64,000 bases of DNA from Candidatus Limnocylindrales bacterium (lineage in GTDB: Bacteria; Moduliflexota; Moduliflexia; Moduliflexales; JAUQPW01): contig DATMBG010000051.1 in NCBI GenBank assembly GCA_035559535.1, positions 1-64,000 of the forward strand, read 5' to 3'. Positions 30,356 through 40,319 of this stretch are shown piece after piece. Position numbers and translations under genes: made by a program. Numbering within the stretch: the first letter of the stretch is position 1; every line of letters starts with the position of its first letter. The notes beneath the pieces are model-generated. The model saw nothing but the letters and a program-made list of their open reading frames with translations. It was not told where the DNA came from and searched no databases.

Positions 30356-31108
30356 CTAAAACCAGGATGACCGGATTCCAACCTCATCCAGGTGGCGCAA
30401 CAGGTCCGCAGGATCTTGATAAACCCGATAAGCCCCTGCACGTTCCAGTTCCTCCTGACCGTAACCTCCTGAAAGTAAGCCAACCCCCAAAGCCCTGGCA
30501 CGGCGAGCGGCCAGGAGGTCCCAGACACTATCCCCTACTACAATCGAGTCACTTAGGGATACTCCCAGACGTTCGGCAGCAGCCAAAAATAAGTCCGGAT
30601 CCGGCTTGGCATGCTGAACCAGGTCCCGGGTGATGACGGGTACTTCAGGACCTATTCCAAGAATTTCCAGTGTAGGGCCTGCGCTCTCCCACCGCCCACT
30701 GGTCGCAATAGCCCACGGTACTCCAATTTGTGAGAGATAGCTTAAGAGCTTTCTGGCACCGGGAAGCGGACGAACCTGTTTTATTTTTTGAGCATAGGCT
30801 TTTGCGTGTAACTGCTGGAGTCGTGCCGCTTCTTCCGCAGTCACCTGACGACCGGTTTCCCGTAGAAGCGCATTCAACAACAACCCTCCGCTCATTCCAA
30901 TCCGACGATGGATACGCCACACAGATAGTTCGATACCGGCTTCCTCCAAGGCTTCCCGCCATGCCAAAACATGCTGATAAACACTATCTACCAAAGTCCC
31001 ATCTAGGTCGAATAAAAAAGCCATTTTACCTCTCAGGGTTGTTGCTTCGTTGGTTTGGTTTTCCATTCCCGGGTGTTGCCCGGAGCTATCTGAAACTGGT
31101 TGATGCAT
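30356..31108 (-). CDS. HAD family hydrolase
   Basis: FDLDGTLVDS, ATSG, KPDPD, VGDSVWD; aaggagg SD. Confidence 0.9.
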   Translation of the reverse strand: MHQPVSDSSGQHPGMENQTNEATTLRGKMAFLFDLDGTLVDSVYQHVLAWREALEEAGIELSVWRIHRRIGMSGGLLLNALLRETGRQVTAEEAARLQQLHAKAYAQKIKQVRPLPGARKLLSYLSQIGVPWAIATSGRWESAGPTLEILGIGPEVPVITRDLVQHAKPDPDLFLAAAERLGVSLSDSIVVGDSVWDLLAARRARALGVGLLSGGYGQEELERAGAYRVYQDPADLLRHLDEVGIRSSWF

Positions 31109-31244
31109 AAGGTTCCTCCTTGTCTTTCTCTTGGGTTTTATAATGGAATATCAGTTATAAAATCTACCCTAAAGGGTGAGTCCCCTGCCAAAGAAATTTC
31201 CGGTTCCTACAAAATTACTAAAAGTATAACAAAGGTAGTACCTT

Positions 31245-31405
31245 GTTTATTTAGTTTTACTTGACTTTTAAGTAGCCCTCACCCCCTGTCCCCCTCTCCT
31301 GTGTAGGGGCGGGAGGCCTCCCGCCCCTACGGAGAGGGGGAACTGGGGGGCTAGGGGGGGGATGGGGGTGAGGGTCGCTTAAAAGTTAAGCAAAACTAAG
31401 TAAAC
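31245..31405. repeat. Nested palindromic element: outer ~28-bp IR, C/G-rich middle IR, central GTAG REP (31303-31330)
   Basis: gtttatttagttttacttgacttttaag / cttaaaagttaagcaaaactaagtaaac; ccctcacccc / ggggtgaggg; gtaggggcgggaggcctcccgcccctac. Confidence 0.8.
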
Positions 31406-31559
31406 CAATTAACAGAAACGATCTGGTAGGATAAAGTTTCAATAAAACCCGAGGTGGAAGAAAAATAAAGGATGGAAAAGAACCGTTTTTAACCTTAAAA
31501 TTAACCCATGAGGGTGTGAAGTAGAATAAAGCTTAATTTAAAAGGAGGTTTTAGAAATT

Positions 31560-32003
31560 ATGAAAATTCAAGAGCTTGGACATGTGGTTCTTTACGTAAG
31601 TAACCTGGAGCGATCCCGGCATTTTTATCGAGATATCCTTGGCTTCAGAGAAATCGCTTCCCGGGGAAATATGGCCGTATTTTCATCTGGACGGACCCAT
31701 CATGAGCTTCTCCTTATTGAGGTAGGAGCAAATGCAACTCCCATTCCTTCAGGACGCCGTTTAGGTATGTATCATTTTGGTTTAAAAATTGGCAATAACG
31801 ATGAGGATTTGAGAAGTGCTTTAAAAGAACTCAAAGCAGCCGGTGTCTCTATTATCGGTGCAAGCGATCACACGGTCACCCATAGCCTTTATATCGAAGA
31901 CCCGGATGGGAACGAGATTGAACTTTATATCGATGTACAGCCTGAGATCTGGCGCGAGAATCCCCAGGCCATCCTGGCCGAAATAAAACCACTTAAATTA
32001 TAA
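31560..32003 (+). CDS. VOC/glyoxalase family protein (catechol-dioxygenase-like)
   Basis: LGHVVLYV, HHELLL, YHFG, SLYIEDPDGNEIEL; aaggagg SD. Confidence 0.9.
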   Translation: MKIQELGHVVLYVSNLERSRHFYRDILGFREIASRGNMAVFSSGRTHHELLLIEVGANATPIPSGRRLGMYHFGLKIGNNDEDLRSALKELKAAGVSIIGASDHTVTHSLYIEDPDGNEIELYIDVQPEIWRENPQAILAEIKPLKL

Positions 32004-32312
32004 TACATCCCACCAAGTCCCACACTTTGACCTATAAAGGCCTGGATGAGCCGGGGCAAGATAAATTTTCGGTTTGTAAATTATATTTCCCTCACAGAAG
32101 TCAGTAAGGAAAATTGCAACCCTTGAAAATAAACAAGATTTTAGAGCTTATAATTGACATTTTAAATGAAGTTTATAAATTAAAAGCGAAGGTAATTCTC
32201 CCTTGCCTTCTAAACTAAAGGGAGGTAGGGTATTCTGGGAAAATATCGCTGTAGATTTAGACATTCCATGGGAATGCCTGGTCTGCTTTATCCTTATGAG
32301 AGGAGTGGAATT

Positions 32313-32735
32313 ATGAAATTTGAGGTTATCCGGTATGCGATGATTCAAAAACTCGGAATGATTTCAATGCTTATCGGCTTCATTCTTATCCTTTCTCTTC
32401 CATCTTCCGCTGCGCCCATCCCCTCAAACCTGTCAAGTACAACTCCTGTATCTCCGGATAAAAATGACCTGGAAACCATTCGCCAGTTTCTGGAAAATAA
32501 GATGGTACTTGAGAAATTAAAGGCCTTAGGGCTTGATGAAGCTCAAGCTAAAGAGAAACTGGGTAAATTAAATAAAGAGCAGATCCACACCCTGGCTATA
32601 CAGATTGACAAACTTGTTGCGGGAGGCAAACAAGACTTTACAAAGAATTCTGCCATTACCATAAGTGATAAAGCTCTCCTTTATCTTTTAATCGCAGCCG
32701 TCTTCATTATTCTTATCCTTGCCCTGGCTAAATAA
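32313..32735 (+). CDS. PA2779-like exported protein
   Basis: Signal peptide, 'EKLKALGLDEAQAKEKLGKL..IHTLAIQIDKLVAGG' and C-terminal TM helix; gaggag SD before ATG 32313. Confidence 0.7.
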   Translation: MKFEVIRYAMIQKLGMISMLIGFILILSLPSSAAPIPSNLSSTTPVSPDKNDLETIRQFLENKMVLEKLKALGLDEAQAKEKLGKLNKEQIHTLAIQIDKLVAGGKQDFTKNSAITISDKALLYLLIAAVFIILILALAK

Positions 32736-32789
32736 TACTACGATAGTTCTGATTTTAAGGCGGCTTAACCCAGTTGATAAGGGAAGCTC

Positions 32790-33338
32790 ATGGTGAGAAG
32801 ATATCTTTTCCCTTTTCTCGTTGTGGGGTTGTTGAACTCTTGTAATTCCAAACTCCCGGATACGCTTTTTTCCTTTTATAATTCTGTTGAAGCTTATCAT
32901 CTCGACGTACCCTTTGTTCCTCAAGAAAAGGAGGGTTATTGTGGACCTGCCGCGTTGACCAGCGTGTTAAATTACTGGAAAGATAAGGTGGATCAACGTC
33001 AGATTGCGGAAGCTACCTACTTACCGTCCATAGGAGGTACGCTTTCCTTTGATCTTGCCCATTATGCAAAAACCCGGGGATTCCATGTGGAGCTCTATTC
33101 GGGAAGTTTTCAAGATTTAAAAGATAAAATACTCTCCGGATACCCCCTTGTGGTGGTGGGAGGATATCAGAGAGATGCCCTGGGTCATTATATAGTTGTA
33201 ACTGGTTACAATAATCGTAAACGGCAAATAATTGTCCATGATGGAAAGTCAGCCAATGTAACCATTCCCTACAAGAGGTTTTTTTCACTGTGGAATAACA
33301 TGGATAGATTAACCATTTTCATAATCCCCCAGAAATAG
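32790..33338 (+). CDS. C39-like cysteine peptidase lipoprotein (PA2778-like)
   Basis: Lipobox LLNSC; VPFVPQ..YCGPAAL, GHYIVVTGY, VHDG (Cys-His-Asp). Confidence 0.85.
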   Translation: MVRRYLFPFLVVGLLNSCNSKLPDTLFSFYNSVEAYHLDVPFVPQEKEGYCGPAALTSVLNYWKDKVDQRQIAEATYLPSIGGTLSFDLAHYAKTRGFHVELYSGSFQDLKDKILSGYPLVVVGGYQRDALGHYIVVTGYNNRKRQIIVHDGKSANVTIPYKRFFSLWNNMDRLTIFIIPQK

Positions 33339-33343
33339 AAATT

Positions 33344-34027
33344 ATGCGAAAATATCCTTGGGTCCTCATCTGGAGCTGTATTTTTTTTGTTTCTCAAGGG
33401 TGTGGGGTCCTAAAGTACAGACCTCAGAAACCCCTTCTCACGCCGGGAGAATATAACGATCTGGGAGTTACTTACGAAAACCAGGCACAGTATGAACTTG
33501 CCATCAAAGCCTATAAAAAGGCCCTTGAGATTCAAAAAAATTATCTTACCGCCTGGATTAACCTTGGAAACGTTTATAGCAGAATGAAAGATTATCCTAA
33601 GGCAGAAAAAGCTTACCGACAAGCATTACGTATCGATCGATCTTCCTGGATCGCAAGAAATAATCTGGCCTGGATATATGTGGAACAGAAGAAAAACTTG
33701 GAAACTGCCTTAACTCTCGTTGAGAATTGTACCGATATGACTTCTGAGTACCGGTCTTACTGTCTGGATACCCTGGGAATGATCCACTATTATAACGGGA
33801 ACTCGAATAAAGCTCTGGCACTGATTACAGAAGCAATTCAATCCACCTCCCCTGAGCAATCTACTTTACGGAGCCAGCAGTATTTCCACCTGGGTATGAT
33901 TTACCTCTCCCAACAAGAGAAAGACAAAGCTATACAGTGTTTCAGGCGATCCATTGAATCTGAACCTGGAAGTGGGTGGGCTGAAAAAGCCAGGGAACAG
34001 CTCAGGTTCTTGCAAGTTACCGATTAG
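33344..34027 (+). CDS. TPR lipoprotein
   Basis: SQGC lipobox-like; repeats YNDLG..Y, WINLGNVY, NNLAW, DTLGMIHY, YFHLGMIY. Confidence 0.9.
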   Translation: MRKYPWVLIWSCIFFVSQGCGVLKYRPQKPLLTPGEYNDLGVTYENQAQYELAIKAYKKALEIQKNYLTAWINLGNVYSRMKDYPKAEKAYRQALRIDRSSWIARNNLAWIYVEQKKNLETALTLVENCTDMTSEYRSYCLDTLGMIHYYNGNSNKALALITEAIQSTSPEQSTLRSQQYFHLGMIYLSQQEKDKAIQCFRRSIESEPGSGWAEKAREQLRFLQVTD

Positions 34028-34081
34028 CTCCAAACCTGTCATACATTTCAGAAACAATTCTCAATTTCAGGTCAATTTTTT

Positions 34082-34110
34082 TTGACATCCTATAAGATTT
34101 TAAATATAGT
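34082..34110 (+). promoter_or_regulatory. Sigma70-like promoter
   Basis: ttgaca-17 nt-tatagt upstream of kinase gene. Confidence 0.6.
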
Positions 34111-34221
34111 AATCGACAAGACTAGTGAAGAATTATTCACAGACCCATTTGCCAGGGCAGCTTTTCTTAGATTATTTGTTTTCCCATAGACCATGGTTGT
34201 ATATCCTGTTAGGGTATTTTC

Positions 34222-36990
34222 GTGTTAAAAAAATCTTTACCGCTTATAAAAATTTTCATAGGATTCCTGTTGGTTTTGACAGGGATATCCGACCTGATGG
34301 CTGCAGAGCCTATTATACTCGAAGGACAATTGAACGGATATTCCCTGGGAACCCACAGCGACATCTTAGAAGATAAAACAAAGGTATGGACCTTGGAAGA
34401 TATCCATTCAGATAAAATCTCCGCTTTATTCTCACCTTCTCAAGAAGAATTCCCGGCCTTTGGATTTACTTCATCGGTTTACTGGATCCGCTTCACGGTC
34501 ATCAATCCACTGGATAAAGAAGTACCCTGGTTTCTTGAGGTTGCTTATCCTCTCTTGGATGATATCGACTTATATATTCCCCAACCCGATGGTCAGTACC
34601 GCCTGAAAAGAACCGGCGATCATCTCCCTTTCGATACCAGAGAGGTTAATTATAGAAACTTCGTTTTCAGACTTCAAGAGAGTCCTGGGGGTCCCCATAC
34701 TTACTATATTCGGTTTGAAACCGAAGGGGTCATGAATCTCCCCCTCAAGATGTGGTCCTCTATACCTTTAGCCGAGAAGATGGCTCAGGAACAGATCTTA
34801 TTGGGAATATACTATGGAGCCATACTGGTTATGTTGGTCTATAATCTCCTTATTTTTACCTCTGTGAGGGACAAAAGCTATCTGTATTACGTACTGTTTA
34901 ATACGAGCTGGCTGTTAGCTTTATTTATACTTAATGGTTTAGCATTCCAGTATCTCTGGCCCCATAAACCCTCATGGGCCAATATAAGCCTTCCATTTTT
35001 CTTTTGTCTGACCTATGTATGGGGGTTACAGTTTAGTCGGTCTTTTCTGAATACACCGGACTTAACACCCGGTTTCGATAAAATTCTACGTGTTTTATTG
35101 ATCCTGGCCGGGGTAGGAATCTTATCTTCCCCTTTTATACAGTTTGCCGTTCGACTGGCTAATCTATTGGCTGCCTCTTCGGTATTTGTATGGATAACCG
35201 GCTTTATCTGCCTGATGCGGGGATGTCGCCAGGCTTATTATTATGTTATGGCCTGGTCTGCTTTACTTTTTGGAGTTTCAGTATTCGCAATGGGAAACTT
35301 TGGGATTTTACCTCATAATTTTCTTACCGATTGGGGTCTTCAAATCGGCTCAGCCTTGGAAGTTGTATTGTTCTCCCTGGCACTGGCGGATCGAATTAAT
35401 ACCTTGAGAAAAGAACTTACGGCCCAGCAAAGGTTCTTGGGGGAAGTACTGAATCAAATCCCGGCCGGTATCATCATCGCCGAAGCTCCTTCCGGGAAGT
35501 TTATCCTTAGTAATAACCAAATGAAGCATATTTTAAGCCATCCTTTTCTCCCATTTTCTAACATCAGAGAATACTGCGAGAACAAAGGTTTTCATGCTGA
35601 TGGCCGACCCTATACACCTGAAGAATGGCCGATAGCAAGGTCCATCCAGAGAGGTGAAGAGGTGATGGGAGAAGAAATTGACTTTCTTCGGAGTGACAAT
35701 ACCTTAGGTACTCTGCGGATTAGTTCTGCTCCAATCCGTGACCGTGATGGACAAATCATAGCCGGTGTGATGACTTTCTACGATATCACCGAGCGAAAAC
35801 GATTAGAAAATGAGCTTCGGGAACAAGCTAAAGCCTTAATAGAGGCTGATCGACGTAAGGATGAATTCTTAACTATGCTGGCCCATGAATTACGAAATCC
35901 CCTGGCTTCTATTTCTAATACTCTGGAACTGATTCATCAACATAGCGAGGATCCTGGGTATCTTTCTCGGGCTCTGGATATTTTAGTGCGACAAACCCGG
36001 TCTTTAACCCGGCTGGTCGATGACCTGTTAGATATCTCCCGGATCACCCGGGGTAAGATTACGCTCCGGAAAGAACTCCTGGAGCTCTCTATAGTAATAT
36101 CCAGAGCTGTTGAAACCGCCCGGTTCTCCATCGAGTCCCGCAAACACCACTTGCTGGTATCCTTGCCCGAAGAACCTTTATGGCTCATTGCAGATCCTGT
36201 TCGAATGGAACAGATCCTTGTTAATCTGTTAAACAACGCGGCAAAATATACAGATCCCGGGGGACGTATCTGGTTAACAGCCTATCTTGAAGGTAAGGAG
36301 ATCGTACTTCGGGTACGGGATACAGGAGTTGGTATCCCGGCCGAACTCTTACCGCGTATTTTTGATCTTTATGTTCAGGTTGATCGCTCTCTGGATCGTT
36401 CCGAGGGAGGCCTGGGAATTGGACTCACACTCGTTCAGTATCTGGTACAACTGCATGGAGGGAGTGTTGCTGCCTATAGCGAAGGTGTTGGTCGGGGAAG
36501 TGAATTTGTAGTACGTCTCCCGGCCCACTTGGGCTTTGCATCTAAAGTGGAAGGGTCTGCCCTGGAAAGTCTAATTCCGCTAACTCAAGGTAAAAGAAGA
36601 AAAATCCTCGTGGTGGAGGATGATAGTGCTGCCTTGGAAACCCTCAGCGAACTCTTGAAACAATGGGGTCACGAGGTAAAGGTTGCTCAAACTGGCTCTT
36701 CGGCACTGGAAACGGTTATCCACCACCAACCCGAGGTGGTCATATTGGATATCGGTCTTCCGGATATGGAGGGTTATGAAGTAGCAAAGCAGATCAGGCA
36801 AGGAGACCGGGGACAGGAAATTTTACTTGTGGCCTTAACCGGATATGGAGAAGAAACCCGGCGCCGATCTCAGGAAGCGGGATTTGATTATCATTTTACA
36901 AAACCTATAGACCTTGCCGCTTTGAAGGAAGTATTAAAAGTCAAAAAGATACTTCCCAGAGATACTGGGTTAACTCCAGAGTTTCAGTAG
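34222..36990 (+). CDS. Hybrid sensor histidine kinase: 7TMR-DISMED2 + 7TM-DISM + PAS + HisKA/HATPase + receiver
   Basis: FGFTSSVYWIRF, TM block ending LALADRIN, LAHELRNPL, NLLNNAAKYT, GLGIGL, ILDIGLPDMEG. Confidence 0.92.
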   Translation: MLKKSLPLIKIFIGFLLVLTGISDLMAAEPIILEGQLNGYSLGTHSDILEDKTKVWTLEDIHSDKISALFSPSQEEFPAFGFTSSVYWIRFTVINPLDKEVPWFLEVAYPLLDDIDLYIPQPDGQYRLKRTGDHLPFDTREVNYRNFVFRLQESPGGPHTYYIRFETEGVMNLPLKMWSSIPLAEKMAQEQILLGIYYGAILVMLVYNLLIFTSVRDKSYLYYVLFNTSWLLALFILNGLAFQYLWPHKPSWANISLPFFFCLTYVWGLQFSRSFLNTPDLTPGFDKILRVLLILAGVGILSSPFIQFAVRLANLLAASSVFVWITGFICLMRGCRQAYYYVMAWSALLFGVSVFAMGNFGILPHNFLTDWGLQIGSALEVVLFSLALADRINTLRKELTAQQRFLGEVLNQIPAGIIIAEAPSGKFILSNNQMKHILSHPFLPFSNIREYCENKGFHADGRPYTPEEWPIARSIQRGEEVMGEEIDFLRSDNTLGTLRISSAPIRDRDGQIIAGVMTFYDITERKRLENELREQAKALIEADRRKDEFLTMLAHELRNPLASISNTLELIHQHSEDPGYLSRALDILVRQTRSLTRLVDDLLDISRITRGKITLRKELLELSIVISRAVETARFSIESRKHHLLVSLPEEPLWLIADPVRMEQILVNLLNNAAKYTDPGGRIWLTAYLEGKEIVLRVRDTGVGIPAELLPRIFDLYVQVDRSLDRSEGGLGIGLTLVQYLVQLHGGSVAAYSEGVGRGSEFVVRLPAHLGFASKVEGSALESLIPLTQGKRRKILVVEDDSAALETLSELLKQWGHEVKVAQTGSSALETVIHHQPEVVILDIGLPDMEGYEVAKQIRQGDRGQEILLVALTGYGEETRRRSQEAGFDYHFTKPIDLAALKEVLKVKKILPRDTGLTPEFQ

Positions 36991-37256
36991 TTAGAATCCT
37001 TAATCTTTCCCGCTATCTTCCAGATTCCACCAACTAAGCCCGCTATGATAAACCAAATGCCGAAATACAGTATATCCTTAAAATCTTCCCAAACGGCACC
37101 TGCTCCAGGTTCCTTTATTTGTTGATAGCTCCATTCTGCTTCTTCCCATTTCTCCTTGAGATCTTTCCGTTTGCCTGTTTGCTCTATCTCTCTATCCCGG
37201 TCAGCTAGGCCGACCTTCGCTTTTAACTCCTGAATTTTTGTACTCTCCTTTTTCAT
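36984..37256 (-). CDS. Small coiled-coil protein with C-terminal TM, weakly sll1863-like
   Basis: KIQELKAK...AVWEDFK pattern followed by hydrophobic helix. Confidence 0.4.
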   Translation of the reverse strand: MKKESTKIQELKAKVGLADRDREIEQTGKRKDLKEKWEEAEWSYQQIKEPGAGAVWEDFKDILYFGIWFIIAGLVGGIWKIAGKIKDSNY

Positions 37257-37634
37257 CTTTTTGGTGAGTTTGCTTTTTAGATATATTTTTCTATTTTTAC
37301 TTATTTTAGAATTTAAATAGAAAATAAAAGATATTCAATGATATTTTATACTAAAATATATCAAGAAAACTGCCCAAAATTCATACTGTCAGTTTTTGTT
37401 TAGCCCAGAGGGGGGAAGAGTGGCCTGGATCGGGAGTATCGGTTATCCTATAGGCATCAGGCTAAAAAGAGGAAAAACCTTATCAGAACCTATCGTGAAC
37501 GGGAGGGGGTAAAAGCTATAAAAATTAACGAGGTAGTAGATTTTTGCTTGACCTTATTATTTTTTTTTGTATGATAAGTCTCCCAGATTTTAAGGAATTT
37601 ATGAGTTACTTTTTTTACACTTCTAAAGAGTCCT

Positions 37635-38459
37635 ATGCCCGGTCCACTTTATGAACCTAAATCCGGTTCACCCCTTCAGGTGGATCAAACCTTTTATGGT
37701 CGTCTGGGGAGTGAAGTTGAACGGCGTACCCTGGTTAATAAATTTACGGTACCGATCCGTTCCGGTAAAGCGTGGCCCATGGAAGCAGGTCAAATCTGTC
37801 GAATTGTGGCCATCGAAGGGCCTCAAGTTGTGGATTTTAACGCCTGGAACTTACACAATCCCCGCGAGCGTTTCTGGGCAGCGCGTACCAAGCAACTGCA
37901 TAGTGCCCACATGAAAGTATTTGATCGATTCTGGTCGTGTCTGCCTTATTTGCGCCCTATGGCGACGGTTATCGGCGATAGCATTAATTATGGTATTGAT
38001 GAAGATGGGGCAGGGTGTCATGATTTGCTGGGAACACGTTGCGATCCTTATGTGCATAAGATGTTAACCGGCGAAGAGTTGGATGTTTGTTGTCATTCAA
38101 ATCTTGTGCGGGCCGTGATCCCTTATCGTCTCCATGAAGGGGATATACACGATGTACTTAACATCTTTCAGGTTACCGGGCTGACCCGGGACGGTCATCA
38201 ATATTTTGTTAAGCCTTGTCCGGCTAAAAAGGGAGATTACTTTGAGCTTTTTGCCGAAATTGATTTACTTTGTGCCGTTTCAACCTGCCCCCATGGGGAC
38301 ATGTCCGTTCCTATTTGGGGGCCCCATGCTGCAGATCCCCTCACCGTTTGTCGGCCTGTGGAAGTAGAAGTATATCGGGTAGATCCGGAATTGTTGAAGG
38401 GCTGGAATTCTCCCCCGGTTTCGGACTACCGGGGGATACACGGAATACGTTTGGAGTAA
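37635..38459 (+). CDS. DUF1989 (urea carboxylase-associated family) protein
   Basis: EGPQVVDFNAW, CHDLLGTRCDPY, CCHSNL, HDVLNIFQ, AVSTCPHGD. Confidence 0.85.
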   Translation: MPGPLYEPKSGSPLQVDQTFYGRLGSEVERRTLVNKFTVPIRSGKAWPMEAGQICRIVAIEGPQVVDFNAWNLHNPRERFWAARTKQLHSAHMKVFDRFWSCLPYLRPMATVIGDSINYGIDEDGAGCHDLLGTRCDPYVHKMLTGEELDVCCHSNLVRAVIPYRLHEGDIHDVLNIFQVTGLTRDGHQYFVKPCPAKKGDYFELFAEIDLLCAVSTCPHGDMSVPIWGPHAADPLTVCRPVEVEVYRVDPELLKGWNSPPVSDYRGIHGIRLE

Positions 38460-38514
38460 AATCCGAGTCAGGACTTCAGAAGGTAAACCGCCAGCTAATA
38501 AGTAAAAAGAGTCT

Positions 38515-39651
38515 TTATCCTTCCAGAATGCGCTTAATCTCCAGAAAACGGAGGAGGCCATTTTTCGTGATCATGCCGACCATCTTTTGATTTGACTGTA
38601 TGACTAAAAGGCGGCCAATGCCTTCGCGGATCATCTTCTGTAAGGCTTCTGTCAAAGGAGTTTCTGGGGGAATCGTAATTTTATCGCTGAGGGGTGTCAT
38701 GACTTCTGCCACGGTTCGGGTTTGCTGCTCTGTTTCAGGAATATCCTTCACATTAGAAAGGGAGACCACTCCCAGTACAGCTCCTTCCTGAATTACGGGA
38801 AATCCTCGGTATCCATATCGGAAGAAATAGTCCTTAATCAGGCGATCTAAGGGGAGATTAGGTTGCACACTGACGACTTCTGGAATCATCACTTCCCGGA
38901 CCTGGACCCCTTCCAGAGACTGTTTCATAATCATTTCCTGATAACCGCTTTCGGCAACTCCCCGGAGGAACATGCCGATAAAAATGAACCATAAACCTCC
39001 GATCAAAGATCCGGTAAAAATTTGAAGCCCCCCCAAAACCATAAGGGCTAAAGCAAACCCCTTTCCCATATCTGAAGCCACTTTGGTAGCCTGTCTCAGG
39101 GAGCCGGTCTTCCACCACCACAGAGCCCGTAAAACACGACCTCCATCCAGTGGAAACCCGGGAATGAGGTTAAAGATACCAAGGGCTATGTTAATCCAGG
39201 ACAAGTAATCGAAAATAGCCACGAACAGGGAGGGCTGCTTTTCCTCCAAGGTTAGCTTAATCCCCAGGAAAAGTAAGGCCAGAGCAAAACTACTCAAAGG
39301 TCCGGCCAGGGCAACTTTTAATTCAGTTTTAGGATCCTCTGCTTCTTCAGAAAGTCGAGAAACACCCCCAAAAATAAAGAGGGTAATTTCCGGAATCTTA
39401 ATCCCAGAACGGATGGCTACCAGGGAATGGGAAAGTTCATGGGCCAGAATCGAAAAAAAGAAGAGAATCGCAGCAATAAATCCGGCAATCCAATAGGTTA
39501 GTATATCCTGACCCGGATAATGATGGGGGAAGTAGCCCGAGGAAAGACTCCACAAAACCAATACAAAAATAATAAGCCAGGAATAATCCAGAGTGATCTG
39601 AATTCCGGCTATTTTAAAAAGTTTTAATCCACCTCTGTTTTCTTTTTCCAT
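38515..39651 (-). CDS. Site-2 protease (M50) with tandem CBS domains
   Basis: HELSH, FIFGGVS, FNLIPGFPLDGGR, two CBS repeats. Confidence 0.93.
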   Translation of the reverse strand: MEKENRGGLKLFKIAGIQITLDYSWLIIFVLVLWSLSSGYFPHHYPGQDILTYWIAGFIAAILFFFSILAHELSHSLVAIRSGIKIPEITLFIFGGVSRLSEEAEDPKTELKVALAGPLSSFALALLFLGIKLTLEEKQPSLFVAIFDYLSWINIALGIFNLIPGFPLDGGRVLRALWWWKTGSLRQATKVASDMGKGFALALMVLGGLQIFTGSLIGGLWFIFIGMFLRGVAESGYQEMIMKQSLEGVQVREVMIPEVVSVQPNLPLDRLIKDYFFRYGYRGFPVIQEGAVLGVVSLSNVKDIPETEQQTRTVAEVMTPLSDKITIPPETPLTEALQKMIREGIGRLLVIQSNQKMVGMITKNGLLRFLEIKRILEG

Positions 39652-39662
39652 AATCTTTAAAA

Positions 39663-39704
39663 AAAGCTAAAACTCCCTTCCGAGAGGAAGGGAGTTTTAG
39701 CTTT
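39663..39704 (-). terminator. Rho-independent terminator, perfect 19-bp stem
   Basis: aaagctaaaactcccttcc-gaga-ggaagggagttttagcttt, T-run on minus strand. Confidence 0.75.
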
Positions 39705-40089
39705 ACCGTCCGGGATTCCCTGCGGGTACCCATACTTGATGCTCTGGAACCCATTGCCCATTGACCCACTGCCCGGGAATGGTTACCCAACGACCGTAGC
39801 CTGGAGTATAAGCAGAATAACCCAGATCAGGACCGGCCGGCGGGGGACTGTAACGATAGCCGTATCTTTGAGCATCATAGGTATCCATGGCATTTCCTAT
39901 TACAGCCCCGGTTAATCCACCTAACGCCGTACCGATTAAGGTGCTCTCAGTAGTATGTCCAATGGCTTGACCGGCTAAGGCTCCAGCTCCAGCACCTATG
40001 GCGGCTCCAGTTTGGGTACGGTATCCAGCACAACCCACCACCCAGAGTAAAACACCCATAATTAACAAAATTAAATTGGATCTTCTCAT
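39703..40089 (-). CDS. Glycine-zipper lipoprotein with Trp/Pro-rich C-terminal repeat
   Basis: Lipobox VVGC, GAAIGAGAGALAGQAIG..GTALGGLTGAVIG, WVTIPGQWVNGQWVPEH; ggagg SD. Confidence 0.85.
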   Translation of the reverse strand: MRRSNLILLIMGVLLWVVGCAGYRTQTGAAIGAGAGALAGQAIGHTTESTLIGTALGGLTGAVIGNAMDTYDAQRYGYRYSPPPAGPDLGYSAYTPGYGRWVTIPGQWVNGQWVPEHQVWVPAGNPGR

Positions 40090-40269
40090 CGTGTTGCCTC
40101 CTGTGTACCAAAGAAGGAGAGGCCCTGCGGTTCCAGTTTATGCTCTTTATTCCTTCTCAGGCTTCTCCTATCCCATTGATAGGATTTATCTGTCACGCTG
40201 AGCCAGGATAGTAATAAAGTAATCTGCTTTTTCCATCCTTCCCTCCAATTTAAAGAATTACTACCCGAC

Positions 40270-40319
40270 CTCTAGAAGAATCTACCAATAGTATCTCTAG
40301 AAGAATCTACCAATAGTAT
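40270..40319. repeat. Exact 25-bp tandem duplication
   Basis: ctctagaagaatctaccaatagtat x2. Confidence 0.9.

Noticed and set aside
37380-37634. Guanidine riboswitch upstream of the DUF1989 gene
   Set aside because: No ykkC, mini-ykkC (ACGR loops) or ykkC-III motifs visible
40090-40250. SD plus 16-codon minus-strand ORF upstream of the lipoprotein gene
   Set aside because: Too short and unsupported; may be a decayed remnant
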